Origin: an uncultured Gammaproteobacteria bacterium
GTDB lineage: Bacteria > Patescibacteriota > Microgenomatia > UBA1406 > GWC2-37-13
NCBI GenBank assembly: GCA_964566425.1
Contig: CAZMIL010000003.1
Location: 1,203 to 65,202 of the forward strand
Reading direction: 5' to 3'
DNA: 64,000 nucleotides
The notes beneath the pieces were generated by a model. It did no database searches. It was given only the letters and a program-made list of their open reading frames with translations, and was not told where the DNA came from. Position numbers and translations under genes: made by a program. Shown here piece after piece: positions 16,986 to 25,161 of this stretch. Positions within the stretch are counted from its first letter, which is position 1. The number at the start of each line of letters is the position of its first letter.

Positions 16986-18092
16986 TTAAAAATATCCTTG
17001 CGCCCAATAGGCGAATTTGCCAATCCCCTGTGAGCGGAGATAATTTTCTTTCGCTTGAACGGAATTTAAATCTTCAAACCAGACGACATGACTTTCTTCT
17101 TCTGCCAAGCCTGCATCGTTTATCCCTAAAAATTTGACATAATCAACTTCTGTTTCTTGAGAAAGTTCATCACGGATAATCACACAATTTTTAACAGAAC
17201 AGTTATCTATATATTTAGCTTTTATTTGGGCCATAGTTAATACCTGCGCAGGTTTAATTGGACGTTTTTTTTCGTCTACAGTCCAGTCATAGCCATACAT
17301 GCCAAAAATTACGGAAATTTTTTCCCTCGGGATAACTGTTAAATACTCTTTGAGCATTGTTTTCAAATCGTAGCCGTATTTCTCTTTTCCCGTGAGCGGA
17401 AAATTTGGTCCAGGTTCCCCGGTATTTTTGGAAAAGTCATAAGCCATAATCAATATTTCGTCGACGTACTGAGCTATAAACTTGAGATCATAAGGGCGGC
17501 GCCGATAAAAAGAATCCCCATATATAGTCATAGCAAAATAAAGATTATTCTGTTTTAAAACCTTGGAAAAATTAGCGACAAAGTTATCGATTTGTCCCGG
17601 AACTCGTTCATCAAAAAGACTAAACAATTCTAAATCTAAGACAAGTCCCGAGAAATTGTTGCTTTTGGCTATTTCTATACTTTGAGCGATAATCTTTGCT
17701 TGTGTCTGTTTATCAGCAAGAATCGTCCTGTTTAAATTGGAGTTGGTCATAATAACCGCCAATAACTTTTGTTTTGATGTCCACCGCTGATTATATTCAA
17801 CTAGATTTGTATATCCGGAATCATTCTTATCGATTCCGTCGGCAGTTGGACTGATTCCAAAATAAACAGAGCGGTCATAATTATTTTGATCACTTGTGTC
17901 TTGCGACAGCGACCAGGAGGGAACAAAAATGGTCGTATCGGTGATCGCGGCGGAAGGTTGAGGAATTGAACTTGGTCGTAATTGAAAATTAACCCGCGTT
18001 GTTGTTTGCTGATCCGGTTGTTTAAATTTTAAAAAGATAAAAAATCCCGTCACGACAATTAGAAATGTCAACAACAATATTTTTTTAGCCAT
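16986..18092 (-). CDS. GH18-like (chitinase/YaaH-like) secreted glycosyl hydrolase-fold protein
   Basis: N-terminal TM. FSGLVLDLE resembles the DxxDxDxE region of GH18; YGYDW is also present. The start is moved to ATG 18092 (MAKKILLL), 6 nt after a TATAAT box. Confidence 0.5.
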   Translation of the reverse strand: MAKKILLLTFLIVVTGFFIFLKFKQPDQQTTTRVNFQLRPSSIPQPSAAITDTTIFVPSWSLSQDTSDQNNYDRSVYFGISPTADGIDKNDSGYTNLVEYNQRWTSKQKLLAVIMTNSNLNRTILADKQTQAKIIAQSIEIAKSNNFSGLVLDLELFSLFDERVPGQIDNFVANFSKVLKQNNLYFAMTIYGDSFYRRRPYDLKFIAQYVDEILIMAYDFSKNTGEPGPNFPLTGKEKYGYDLKTMLKEYLTVIPREKISVIFGMYGYDWTVDEKKRPIKPAQVLTMAQIKAKYIDNCSVKNCVIIRDELSQETEVDYVKFLGINDAGLAEEESHVVWFEDLNSVQAKENYLRSQGIGKFAYWAQGYF

Positions 18093-18098
18093 AACTAT

Positions 18099-18104
18099 AT
18101 TATA
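18099..18104 (-). promoter_or_regulatory. -10 box TATAAT, 6 nt before ATG 18092 (leaderless-type)
   Basis: Minus strand reads tctataat-atagtt-ATG. Confidence 0.4.
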
Positions 18105-18174
18105 GATTAAAGACAAGGAGTAGAGGTATTTGCAATTTAGTATATCGTAAAAAAACGACTACGTCAAAAAAATT

Positions 18175-19689
18175 TTAAATTTCGACTGCAAGATTTTCTC
18201 TTCCCAAATCTTCTTCGGGTTCAAATTCGCGTTTATTTTCTTTAACGAACAAAGCAGAAAACGCCCCAATAAGCATAAAGATGCTGGCAATCTTAAAGAC
18301 GGTTGCAAATGATAAAACGTAGGCCTTAACAGCTACAAGGCCTGTTATTGCTCCGAATAAAGAAGGGTTCTGAGTGTTGATTATTGAATGTTGTTGGAGG
18401 GTGATTAGATTGGCATCAAAACTATTCGAAAGAATGGTGGCAAAAATGGCAACACCATAAGCTCCTGCAATGTTTCTGGCCAGAGCCAAGACCGAGGAAG
18501 CAACTCCGACTTCTTGAATAGGGACTGTAGAGGTTGCAGCGTTGGTCAAAGGTGCAAGACCTAAACCTAATCCAAAGGCTAAAATTGCTAGACGGTAAGT
18601 AAGATCAAAAAAGGTCCATTTGATATCTATGCCGGCAAAGACAAACATCATTATTGCCGCAATAAGCATTCCGGTAGCCGTGACAAAACCGGCCTGGATT
18701 TTAGTTGAAAGCCTAGCTCCAAACTGTGCTGCTACACCAATTGCGATTGCCATTGGAATAAAAATGTAACCTGATTTGGTGACCGAATATCCGAGCAGAT
18801 TTTGGGTAAAAATAGGAATTAGGAATAGCCCGCCGAACATGCCCAAAAAAGACATAAAGGAGGTAATAATTGAGGCAGTAAAGGTAGGGATTTTAAAAAA
18901 TTTCAAATCCACCACAGGCTCGGGTTGTCTTTGTTCAAGGAGAATGAACCAGATTAAAGTTATGCCGCTAATTATATAAGAGAGCCAGCTTTTACTACTC
19001 ATCCAGCCCCAGGATTGGCCTTGATCAAGAACCAAAACCATTGTTCCCAAACTAACGCCAAGAAGCAGAGAACCAAGAATATCAAAATTTTTCAAACCGC
19101 GGATTCTTTGCACAGGTTCTTCAATAAAATACCAGGCCAGAAAAGTCGCGATGATCCCCAAAGGCAGATTGATATAAAAAACTGACCGCCAGGTAAACGT
19201 ATCGATCAAGGGGCCGCCGAGAAGGGGGCCGAAAACCGCTGCTGCCGCAAAAGCTGCTGACCAGATTCCCATAGCCTGAGCTCTTTTTCCGCGATCGGTA
19301 AAAGTGAAAGCAATGATAGAAAGCGCAAGAGGATAATCAATCGAAACTGTAATTGCTTGTAAAATTCGGAAAAAAATGAGTGAGGAGAGATTAAAAGAAA
19401 TTCCTGCAAACATCGAACTGACAGTAAAGCCAACAATCCCAAAAATATACAGCGGTTTACGTCCAATCATATCACCGAGTTTGCCAAAAATAGGGACAAA
19501 AATGGCATTGGCAATAATGTATGCGGTTGAAATCCAACTGGCCTGATCAACTGTAATTCCAAAATCTGTAATAATCTTAGGCAGGGCAAGATTGACAATC
19601 GTTCCATCCAAACGACCTAAAAAAGTACCTAGAATGACCGTAATCAAAATCAAGATATGATGACTTGGGTGTTTTTTTCTTTGTTCCAC
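18175..19689 (-). CDS. MFS drug:H+ antiporter, DHA2/EmrB-QacA type (14 TM)
   Basis: 504 aa; LALPKI...D, GKLGDMIGRKP and the 14-TM layout. Confidence 0.85.
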   Translation of the reverse strand: MEQRKKHPSHHILILITVILGTFLGRLDGTIVNLALPKIITDFGITVDQASWISTAYIIANAIFVPIFGKLGDMIGRKPLYIFGIVGFTVSSMFAGISFNLSSLIFFRILQAITVSIDYPLALSIIAFTFTDRGKRAQAMGIWSAAFAAAAVFGPLLGGPLIDTFTWRSVFYINLPLGIIATFLAWYFIEEPVQRIRGLKNFDILGSLLLGVSLGTMVLVLDQGQSWGWMSSKSWLSYIISGITLIWFILLEQRQPEPVVDLKFFKIPTFTASIITSFMSFLGMFGGLFLIPIFTQNLLGYSVTKSGYIFIPMAIAIGVAAQFGARLSTKIQAGFVTATGMLIAAIMMFVFAGIDIKWTFFDLTYRLAILAFGLGLGLAPLTNAATSTVPIQEVGVASSVLALARNIAGAYGVAIFATILSNSFDANLITLQQHSIINTQNPSLFGAITGLVAVKAYVLSFATVFKIASIFMLIGAFSALFVKENKREFEPEEDLGRENLAVEI

Positions 19690-19697
19690 GATCTAAA

Positions 19698-20336
19698 TTA
19701 TGGGGTTTTAGTAAAGACTGTTATTTTTGCCGACATGCCATTTTTGATTTCCGGGTGCCGGCTCGCATCGTACCTGACATAAATAATAAATTGTTGAATA
19801 GGCCTTTCGCTGGAAATGCTGAAAGAAAGTTGTGTTTGCTTGGCGCTGGGTGAAATTTCATCGACATAGCCCCAAAAAGTCTGACCCGGCAGAGCATCAA
19901 CCGTAAACGAAACAGACTGGCCCACTTTAATTAGATTAAGACCTTTGTTTTCATCGATAGTCGCAGCAATTCTCATTTTTGCTGGGTCGATCATTTGCAC
20001 AACTGGCGCTTGAGCAGAAAAAAGAGAACCAATTTGATCACTAGCCATGATTATCAGGCCGTCAGAATCGGCTCTTAAGGTATCGGTACCTACAGCGGCC
20101 AGCGGGTCACCCCTTTTGACCGTTTCTCCTTCGGTAACATAAGTCTCTGTTAATTTTCCGGGCGCCGTGGGAGAAACATTAACAATTTGAGCTTGGACTA
20201 AAGAATCTTCAACGAAAACTCTGTTTAGAGTTAGTCGCAGATAAATAAATCCTCCAACCAAAAGCAAACCAATCGTTACTCCGATTAGATATCTGATAAC
20301 TTGTGGATCTCTAATTTGTTGAAAAAGTTTGTTCAT
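19698..20336 (-). CDS. HlyD/EmrA-like membrane-fusion (adaptor) protein, short form
   Basis: 212 aa with an N-terminal TM and barrel-sandwich lipoyl-like motifs (GKLTETYVTEGETVKRGDPLA). Confidence 0.65.
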   Translation of the reverse strand: MNKLFQQIRDPQVIRYLIGVTIGLLLVGGFIYLRLTLNRVFVEDSLVQAQIVNVSPTAPGKLTETYVTEGETVKRGDPLAAVGTDTLRADSDGLIIMASDQIGSLFSAQAPVVQMIDPAKMRIAATIDENKGLNLIKVGQSVSFTVDALPGQTFWGYVDEISPSAKQTQLSFSISSERPIQQFIIYVRYDASRHPEIKNGMSAKITVFTKTP

Positions 20337-20341
20337 CGTTT

Positions 20342-21472
20342 TTAATAATTTTTTGTCACTATAAATTGTGGGTTAGTGATAATCTTATCTCCGGCCGATA
20401 GACCCCCGATTACTTCAATTTGGTCGCCGTGTCTTTTACCAAGTCGAACAGTTTTCAGGACGGGTCTTCCTTGATTAGCCACCCAAATATACTTATTTGC
20501 TAGAACTGTCCATAGCGGCACCAGCAAAGCATTATTCTGTGCATTTGAATTAATCAGTACTGTGCCTGTCTGATCTAATTTTGCTTTGTTATTTAACTTA
20601 TCACTGGAGATGTCGACACGATAGACCTGGCGGCCATCGGGTAAAGTCATCTTTCCCGGATAGACTTTAGTTACGGTTCCTGTCAATGATTGGTCGAGAC
20701 CGTTAATTTTTATTAGTGCAGTTGCGCCTTCGCTAACAAAATCAATATCCTTTTCGCCGACGTGAGCTTGGAAAACTAGATCATTCGGATTGGCTACGGT
20801 AAAGCCTGTACTAGAAGTGACATTAACATTGGGAACATCAATATCGGCACGCGTGATCACACCATTGATTGGTGAAGTGAGAGTTGCCAGTTGTAAAGCG
20901 TAATTAGCCAGTTCGACATTAATCACGGCGTTATCAAGACTAGCTTGATTCTCATCAATTATCCTTTTGACAATATCATCGATTATTGGCGATTCGTTAC
21001 TGTTGGGAAAAACGCCTTTTGACTGTACATCCAAAAGATATTTTTGTTGTCCCTGAACTACATTATCTTGACTATTTTGTTTTAGTTGATCAAAAACATC
21101 GCGAGTTGAACGAAAATTGTTCAGAGTTGTCGAGAGTTGACGTTGTAAAGCATAAGTGTCCAGACGGGCAATAGCTTGTCCTTGTGTGACAGGTGTTCCT
21201 TCTTTAAGCACATAAACCATTTTCCCACCAGTTTGGAAGTGTAAAGTAACCAGTTGCTGCGAAGTTACTGTTCCTTCAGCATCAATTTGACCAGAAACTG
21301 TTTTGACTGAGATAGTTTGTTCAGCGTTTTTTGCTTGCGGCCTAGACAAAAGCCAGAAACTGCCGCCTACCAAAGCAAAAATAACCAGCGGGACGATGAG
21401 CAGAGGAATGAAATTATTGATTTTAGATGGGTATTTTTTCTTAATTTGTACTTTTTCTATTTTTTTCGCCAT
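20342..21472 (-). CDS. Efflux periplasmic adaptor (HlyD/MacA-like)
   Basis: 376 aa with an N-terminal TM, a coiled-coil hairpin region and a GQAIARLD lipoyl-like motif. Confidence 0.65.
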   Translation of the reverse strand: MAKKIEKVQIKKKYPSKINNFIPLLIVPLVIFALVGGSFWLLSRPQAKNAEQTISVKTVSGQIDAEGTVTSQQLVTLHFQTGGKMVYVLKEGTPVTQGQAIARLDTYALQRQLSTTLNNFRSTRDVFDQLKQNSQDNVVQGQQKYLLDVQSKGVFPNSNESPIIDDIVKRIIDENQASLDNAVINVELANYALQLATLTSPINGVITRADIDVPNVNVTSSTGFTVANPNDLVFQAHVGEKDIDFVSEGATALIKINGLDQSLTGTVTKVYPGKMTLPDGRQVYRVDISSDKLNNKAKLDQTGTVLINSNAQNNALLVPLWTVLANKYIWVANQGRPVLKTVRLGKRHGDQIEVIGGLSAGDKIITNPQFIVTKNY

Positions 21473-21478
21473 CCAAAT

Positions 21479-21484
21479 ATTATA
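21479..21484 (-). promoter_or_regulatory. -10 box TATAAT, 6 nt before ATG 21472 (leaderless-type)
   Basis: Minus strand reads ggtataat-atttgg-ATG. Confidence 0.4.
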
Positions 21485-21508
21485 CCATAAAACTGGAGCT
21501 AGTTATAG

Positions 21509-21796
21509 CTATTCTGCCTTTTGTAGCGGTCTCTTTTGACTCTTGAAGGTTCCCATTTCTTTAAGTTTCCACATAAAAAGAGCGGCTTTTTTGCGAGCTT
21601 TGGAATCGATAACAAAACGTAGGGCTTCTTCAAGGACGGGGCGAGGAAGATTTTTGGCAAATTTTATATACATACTTTTGTGTTGTTTATCCTGGAGTTT
21701 TTCAGCCAAATGTACACCATATGCTTGATATTCATGGGAAACATAGCGATCCTCTAAAGGATCAAAATCTTTAAGAATATCGCGGACCGTTTGCAT
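21509..21796 (-). CDS. Hypothetical small protein
   Basis: The ORF track gives 21509..21838. The start is moved to ATG 21796 (MQTVRDIL) to remove the overlap with the upstream gene. Confidence 0.5.
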   Translation of the reverse strand: MQTVRDILKDFDPLEDRYVSHEYQAYGVHLAEKLQDKQHKSMYIKFAKNLPRPVLEEALRFVIDSKARKKAALFMWKLKEMGTFKSQKRPLQKAE

Positions 21797-21812
21797 GAGC
21801 AGAGTATAGCAG

Positions 21813-22622
21813 TTATTTATTAGGAAAGTCCGGGACAACCGGAGAACTAGGAGGCATTGGTGGCGTTATGGGTTGAGGTTGAGGATTTGGATTTGGCGGT
21901 TGTGGTGGAGGTGGAGTTTGGGGCTCTGTTGGCTCTTCTTTGGGTTGGTCAACTGGCTGCGGTGTTGACTGATTTTGTTGTGCAGAATATGTTTCGTTGA
22001 CTTTATTTTGCAGATCTTTCAAAATTGCGTCGAGAGCGGTATTACCTTCAGCATTTTGTGGCGGTGTTTCTGGTTTTGGCGGTTCGGTAACAGGCGGAGT
22101 AGGAATTTCAGGTTCTGGAGTAGGCGGTTGGGGTTGAGGTTCAGGTGGCGTAGGGGGCGTTGGCGGTTCCGGTTGTGGAGCTACTTGCTCTAGAGGCGGC
22201 TCGGGAGCCGGCACCGGCTCAATTGGTTCAGTCATGGGAGGTGGAGGAGGGGGTGTATCAGTTGTTGGAGGCTCCGGAGCTGGTTCGCCAACTGGCGGAT
22301 TGGGGGTTGACGGTTGAGGTTCAGGTGGCGCCGCGGGAGTGACGGGCTCGGCGGGCGGCTGCGCCGCTTGCATTACCGGTCCGAGGGCATTATCAAACTC
22401 TTCTTTGGTAAAACCTTTGAGAACGACACTTTGTCCGTTGTCCTTTTCAACCTTGGTTACAGGCGTACCGGCAAAATTATTGGAAACAGCCAGAAGTTCA
22501 TTTAGATATTCGCGATTAAGCTCAAGATTTTTTTCATCAAAAGGAATGTTTTTACTCTGTAAATAAGCTTTCTCCTGTTGGCTAAAAGGACAGGTAGAAG
22601 TGGTGTAAACAGTAACTTTCAT
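21813..22622 (-). CDS. Glutaredoxin/NrdH-like thioredoxin-fold domain (CPFS) with a long Pro-rich tail
   Basis: N-terminus MKVTVYTTSTCPFSQQEKAYLQSKNIPFDEKNL. About 180 aa of P/E/T/Q-rich low complexity follow. Confidence 0.7.
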   Translation of the reverse strand: MKVTVYTTSTCPFSQQEKAYLQSKNIPFDEKNLELNREYLNELLAVSNNFAGTPVTKVEKDNGQSVVLKGFTKEEFDNALGPVMQAAQPPAEPVTPAAPPEPQPSTPNPPVGEPAPEPPTTDTPPPPPPMTEPIEPVPAPEPPLEQVAPQPEPPTPPTPPEPQPQPPTPEPEIPTPPVTEPPKPETPPQNAEGNTALDAILKDLQNKVNETYSAQQNQSTPQPVDQPKEEPTEPQTPPPPQPPNPNPQPQPITPPMPPSSPVVPDFPNK

Positions 22623-23164
22623 TTTATTAATTCATTATGAAAGATAATTCGTAGTTTGTCAACCGCTTTCTTAAAAATTTCCGGTAAAAGAGTTTCTTCT
22701 TGGAGCAAAAAATTTTGTAAAACGTATTTCTCGCCTTCAGTTCTGTGTTGCGAGTCCCGATTATCAACGCCGATTCGCAGGCGCCAAAACTCGGCTGTTT
22801 TTAAGCTCTTCTCGATAGAATTTACCCCATTGTGTAATTTCGGCCCGCCCCCCAGCTGAATTTTAAATTGTCCAAGTTGAATATCCAAATCGTCATGGAC
22901 GATAATTAAATCAGCGGGTGTCAATTTATGGATTTTGAGTAATTTCTTAACCTCGGCCCCTGATTGATTCATGAAGACTGTGCTTTTAACCAAACGCCAT
23001 CCGTCAGCTTCATGCCTCCTGTTATTCTCGAGGAAACGAAGATTTGCAGAATCTCGATCAGATAGAGAATGATTAATGACCCAATCTATAAACATCTGGC
23101 CGACGTTGTGCCGATTGTGTTGAAATTTCTCTCCGGGATTACCTAAGCCAATTAGTAATTTCAT
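22619..23164 (-). CDS. pth: Peptidyl-tRNA hydrolase
   Basis: MKLLIGLGNPGEKFQHNRHNVGQMFID and ...VFMNQSG...IIVHDDLD. Confidence 0.9.
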   Translation of the reverse strand: MKLLIGLGNPGEKFQHNRHNVGQMFIDWVINHSLSDRDSANLRFLENNRRHEADGWRLVKSTVFMNQSGAEVKKLLKIHKLTPADLIIVHDDLDIQLGQFKIQLGGGPKLHNGVNSIEKSLKTAEFWRLRIGVDNRDSQHRTEGEKYVLQNFLLQEETLLPEIFKKAVDKLRIIFHNELIK

Positions 23165-23183
23165 AATCCAGTCATTGTCATAA

Positions 23184-23930
23184 CTACTTAGTAGTCAGTT
23201 TTCTTTCTGGTGTTTTAACGACAGTGCCATTGGGAAGATAAAGGACGATTTGATAACTCAGATTATCAGACAGATTTAACTGAGTAGAGGTAAAAACATG
23301 GTTTTTGCTATTTTTGGGGGCAATAGTTTTGACAAATTTTTTATTAAGTGTCTGATCATTAAAAATTATTTGCGAGCGGTCTGCGCTATTGGTTTGGAAA
23401 GCAACAATCAAGAAGCGGCCGGAAGAAGTGATCTCCAGATTTTTGATCTGATTTGCTGCTTGTAATTGCAGGCTGGCATTTCTTTGGATTGTAGAATAGG
23501 TGAAATACAAACTTGCAGAGATGAAGAGGATAAAAGATAGCACGATTACGGCCCGCAGCGACGAAAGGGGAGTCTCCCACATTTTATAGTAATCAACTTT
23601 TGTATTTTGTGCTTGTTTGAACTTAACTAAATCTTCGGGAAAGGCAAAAATTCCCCGACACCTTTGGCAACGCAAGAGAGTAACACCGCGAGGGATTGCT
23701 TCATCATTCAGAACAGCCACTAAGCGGTTGCCGTCTTTGGGACAATGTTTTATCTCCGAAGAGATCTCATCTGTTTTTTTGTCCACTGCCAGTTGAACAG
23801 CAGATTTTAAAGAGAGTCTGTTGATTCCATTTTCTTCAAAAAAAGTCCCGCCACAGTTTGAACAGTGAAAGACGGTTTGGTTGTCGAGGTGACGTGGAGA
23901 AAGCTGCTGGCCGCAATTGGGACACGACAT
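23184..23930 (-). CDS. Zinc-ribbon membrane protein, hypothetical
   Basis: 248 aa with CPNCG...CSNCG and CPKDG...CQRC pairs and one central TM. Confidence 0.6.
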   Translation of the reverse strand: MSCPNCGQQLSPRHLDNQTVFHCSNCGGTFFEENGINRLSLKSAVQLAVDKKTDEISSEIKHCPKDGNRLVAVLNDEAIPRGVTLLRCQRCRGIFAFPEDLVKFKQAQNTKVDYYKMWETPLSSLRAVIVLSFILFISASLYFTYSTIQRNASLQLQAANQIKNLEITSSGRFLIVAFQTNSADRSQIIFNDQTLNKKFVKTIAPKNSKNHVFTSTQLNLSDNLSYQIVLYLPNGTVVKTPERKLTTK

Positions 23931-23957
23931 ATATATATACTATATATTAAATTATGT

Positions 23958-23963
23958 TATAAA
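23958..23963 (+). promoter_or_regulatory. -10 box TATAAA (TGt-extended), 6 nt before ATG 23970
   Basis: The sequence reads atgttataaa-taaaat-ATG. Confidence 0.4.
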
Positions 23964-23969
23964 TAAAAT

Positions 23970-24272
23970 ATGGCGATTCCGCAAGCAGAAGAATTTAGAC
24001 GGTTGATTGAAATGGAAGTTTTAAATATCATTCGCGAATTAGTCGAAAAAGACGACACGCCGCGAGAAAAAATTCAGCAAATTGCTCAAACTACTTTACA
24101 AATGATCCGGCCAGGGATGCAGCTCACCGAACTTTACCAAAATGTCGTCAAGCTCGATAACCTGCATCCTGAACTAGCTCCGGTAGTTTTCAAAATTAAG
24201 ACAGAATATGAAGAAAAATATCATAAAGACATTAAAAATTTATTAGAATTTAAGATACAAGAAAAAAATTAA
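23970..24272 (+). CDS. Hypothetical small acidic protein
   Basis: 100-aa ORF. Confidence 0.55.
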   Translation: MAIPQAEEFRRLIEMEVLNIIRELVEKDDTPREKIQQIAQTTLQMIRPGMQLTELYQNVVKLDNLHPELAPVVFKIKTEYEEKYHKDIKNLLEFKIQEKN

Positions 24273-24273
24273 T

Positions 24274-24855
24274 ATGGCCGATGAACCGCCTAGGGAGATT
24301 GATATTCCAATTCCACCCAGAGAGCTTGATATTCCACTGCCACCAAAAACTGTTCTCAGTGAGTTGGTGAAAACTATTAGCGGAGAAACGGCTCCTGATT
24401 TTCCCAGATTGCTTCTAAGGTTTGCGGCGGAGGGTCAACAGCTATCTGGTGATTTATCTGAGCAACTTGATAAGTTGCGGCAAAAGGCCGAAGGAAATCC
24501 GCAGCAGACAGCCCTAGTTTGCGATATTGAACTTGGTTTATTGATCAAGAGAGCGACAGAATTAAACAGTCAATTGAAAGAAAATTTGACCAAAAATGTT
24601 CTGGATATGGGCTTGGCTCTTGAGGCAAACACAGTAATTGAGGGCATCCACGAAGTCCAAAAACGGCGGCCGGTAAGTCAGCCGAATCAAGTAACTGAGT
24701 TTGCTCAAAGTTTAGGGGTTGAAGAACAAATCGCAAAGACAGATCCCTTCGGCGCATTAGAAGAAAAACTTTCCGCAGCGCTTAGAGGAGAGTTTCAAAG
24801 ACAAAAAATTGGTTTGGCGATTGAAAATTGGAGTTCAACCCACAGCAAAGTTTAA
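24274..24855 (+). CDS. Hypothetical protein
   Basis: 193-aa ORF that starts 2 nt after the upstream stop. Confidence 0.55.
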   Translation: MADEPPREIDIPIPPRELDIPLPPKTVLSELVKTISGETAPDFPRLLLRFAAEGQQLSGDLSEQLDKLRQKAEGNPQQTALVCDIELGLLIKRATELNSQLKENLTKNVLDMGLALEANTVIEGIHEVQKRRPVSQPNQVTEFAQSLGVEEQIAKTDPFGALEEKLSAALRGEFQRQKIGLAIENWSSTHSKV

Positions 24856-24857
24856 AG

Positions 24858-25070
24858 TTATTCTTCCGCTTCGACGCCGAGAAGGCGAGTAATGACCTCT
24901 TTTTTATAACGGCGATCACCGCGGGAGTTAATTCTGACTGCGGGGAGTTTACCTTTTTTGCCCCAGCGTTTAATGGTTAACGGAGAAACTCTAAGTAGTT
25001 CTGCAACTTCGCGGATAGTTAAAAGATCGGGTAAATCGGAGAGTGAGACCTTTTTGTTATTGTTTGACAT
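24858..25070 (-). CDS. Excisionase/MerR-type helix-turn-helix DNA-binding protein
   Basis: LLTIREVAELLRVSPLTIKRWGKKGKLPAVRINSRGDRRY. The start is moved to ATG 25070 (MSNNNKK), 7 nt after a TATAAT box. Confidence 0.7.
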   Translation of the reverse strand: MSNNNKKVSLSDLPDLLTIREVAELLRVSPLTIKRWGKKGKLPAVRINSRGDRRYKKEVITRLLGVEAEE

Positions 25071-25077
25071 GGTGTGA

Positions 25078-25106
25078 ATTATAAAATTCAATTTTAATTT
25101 TGTCAA
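25078..25106 (-). promoter_or_regulatory. Promoter TTGACA-N17-TATAAT
   Basis: Minus strand: TTGACA (25106-25101), 17 nt, then TATAAT (25083-25078). Confidence 0.55.
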
Positions 25107-25122
25107 CAACAAGAGCCTCCTC

Positions 25123-25151
25123 TTGACAAATACTTTTTTTTTCAATACTAT
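25123..25151 (+). promoter_or_regulatory. Promoter TTGACA-N17-TACTAT
   Basis: TTGACA at 25123-25128 and TACTAT at 25146-25151. The TTG start in the ORF track is the -35 box. Confidence 0.45.
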
Positions 25152-25161
25152 TTTAGTAACG

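Noticed and set aside
21975-22566. Four plus-strand ORFs antisense to the Pro-rich tail of the glutaredoxin-like gene
   Set aside because: CCN/GGN-rich DNA is open in many frames. The translations are W/R/G junk.
25123-25161. TTG start of the 636-aa ORF
   Set aside because: This TTG is also part of a TTGACA -35 box. The hydrophobic signal begins after ATG 25162.
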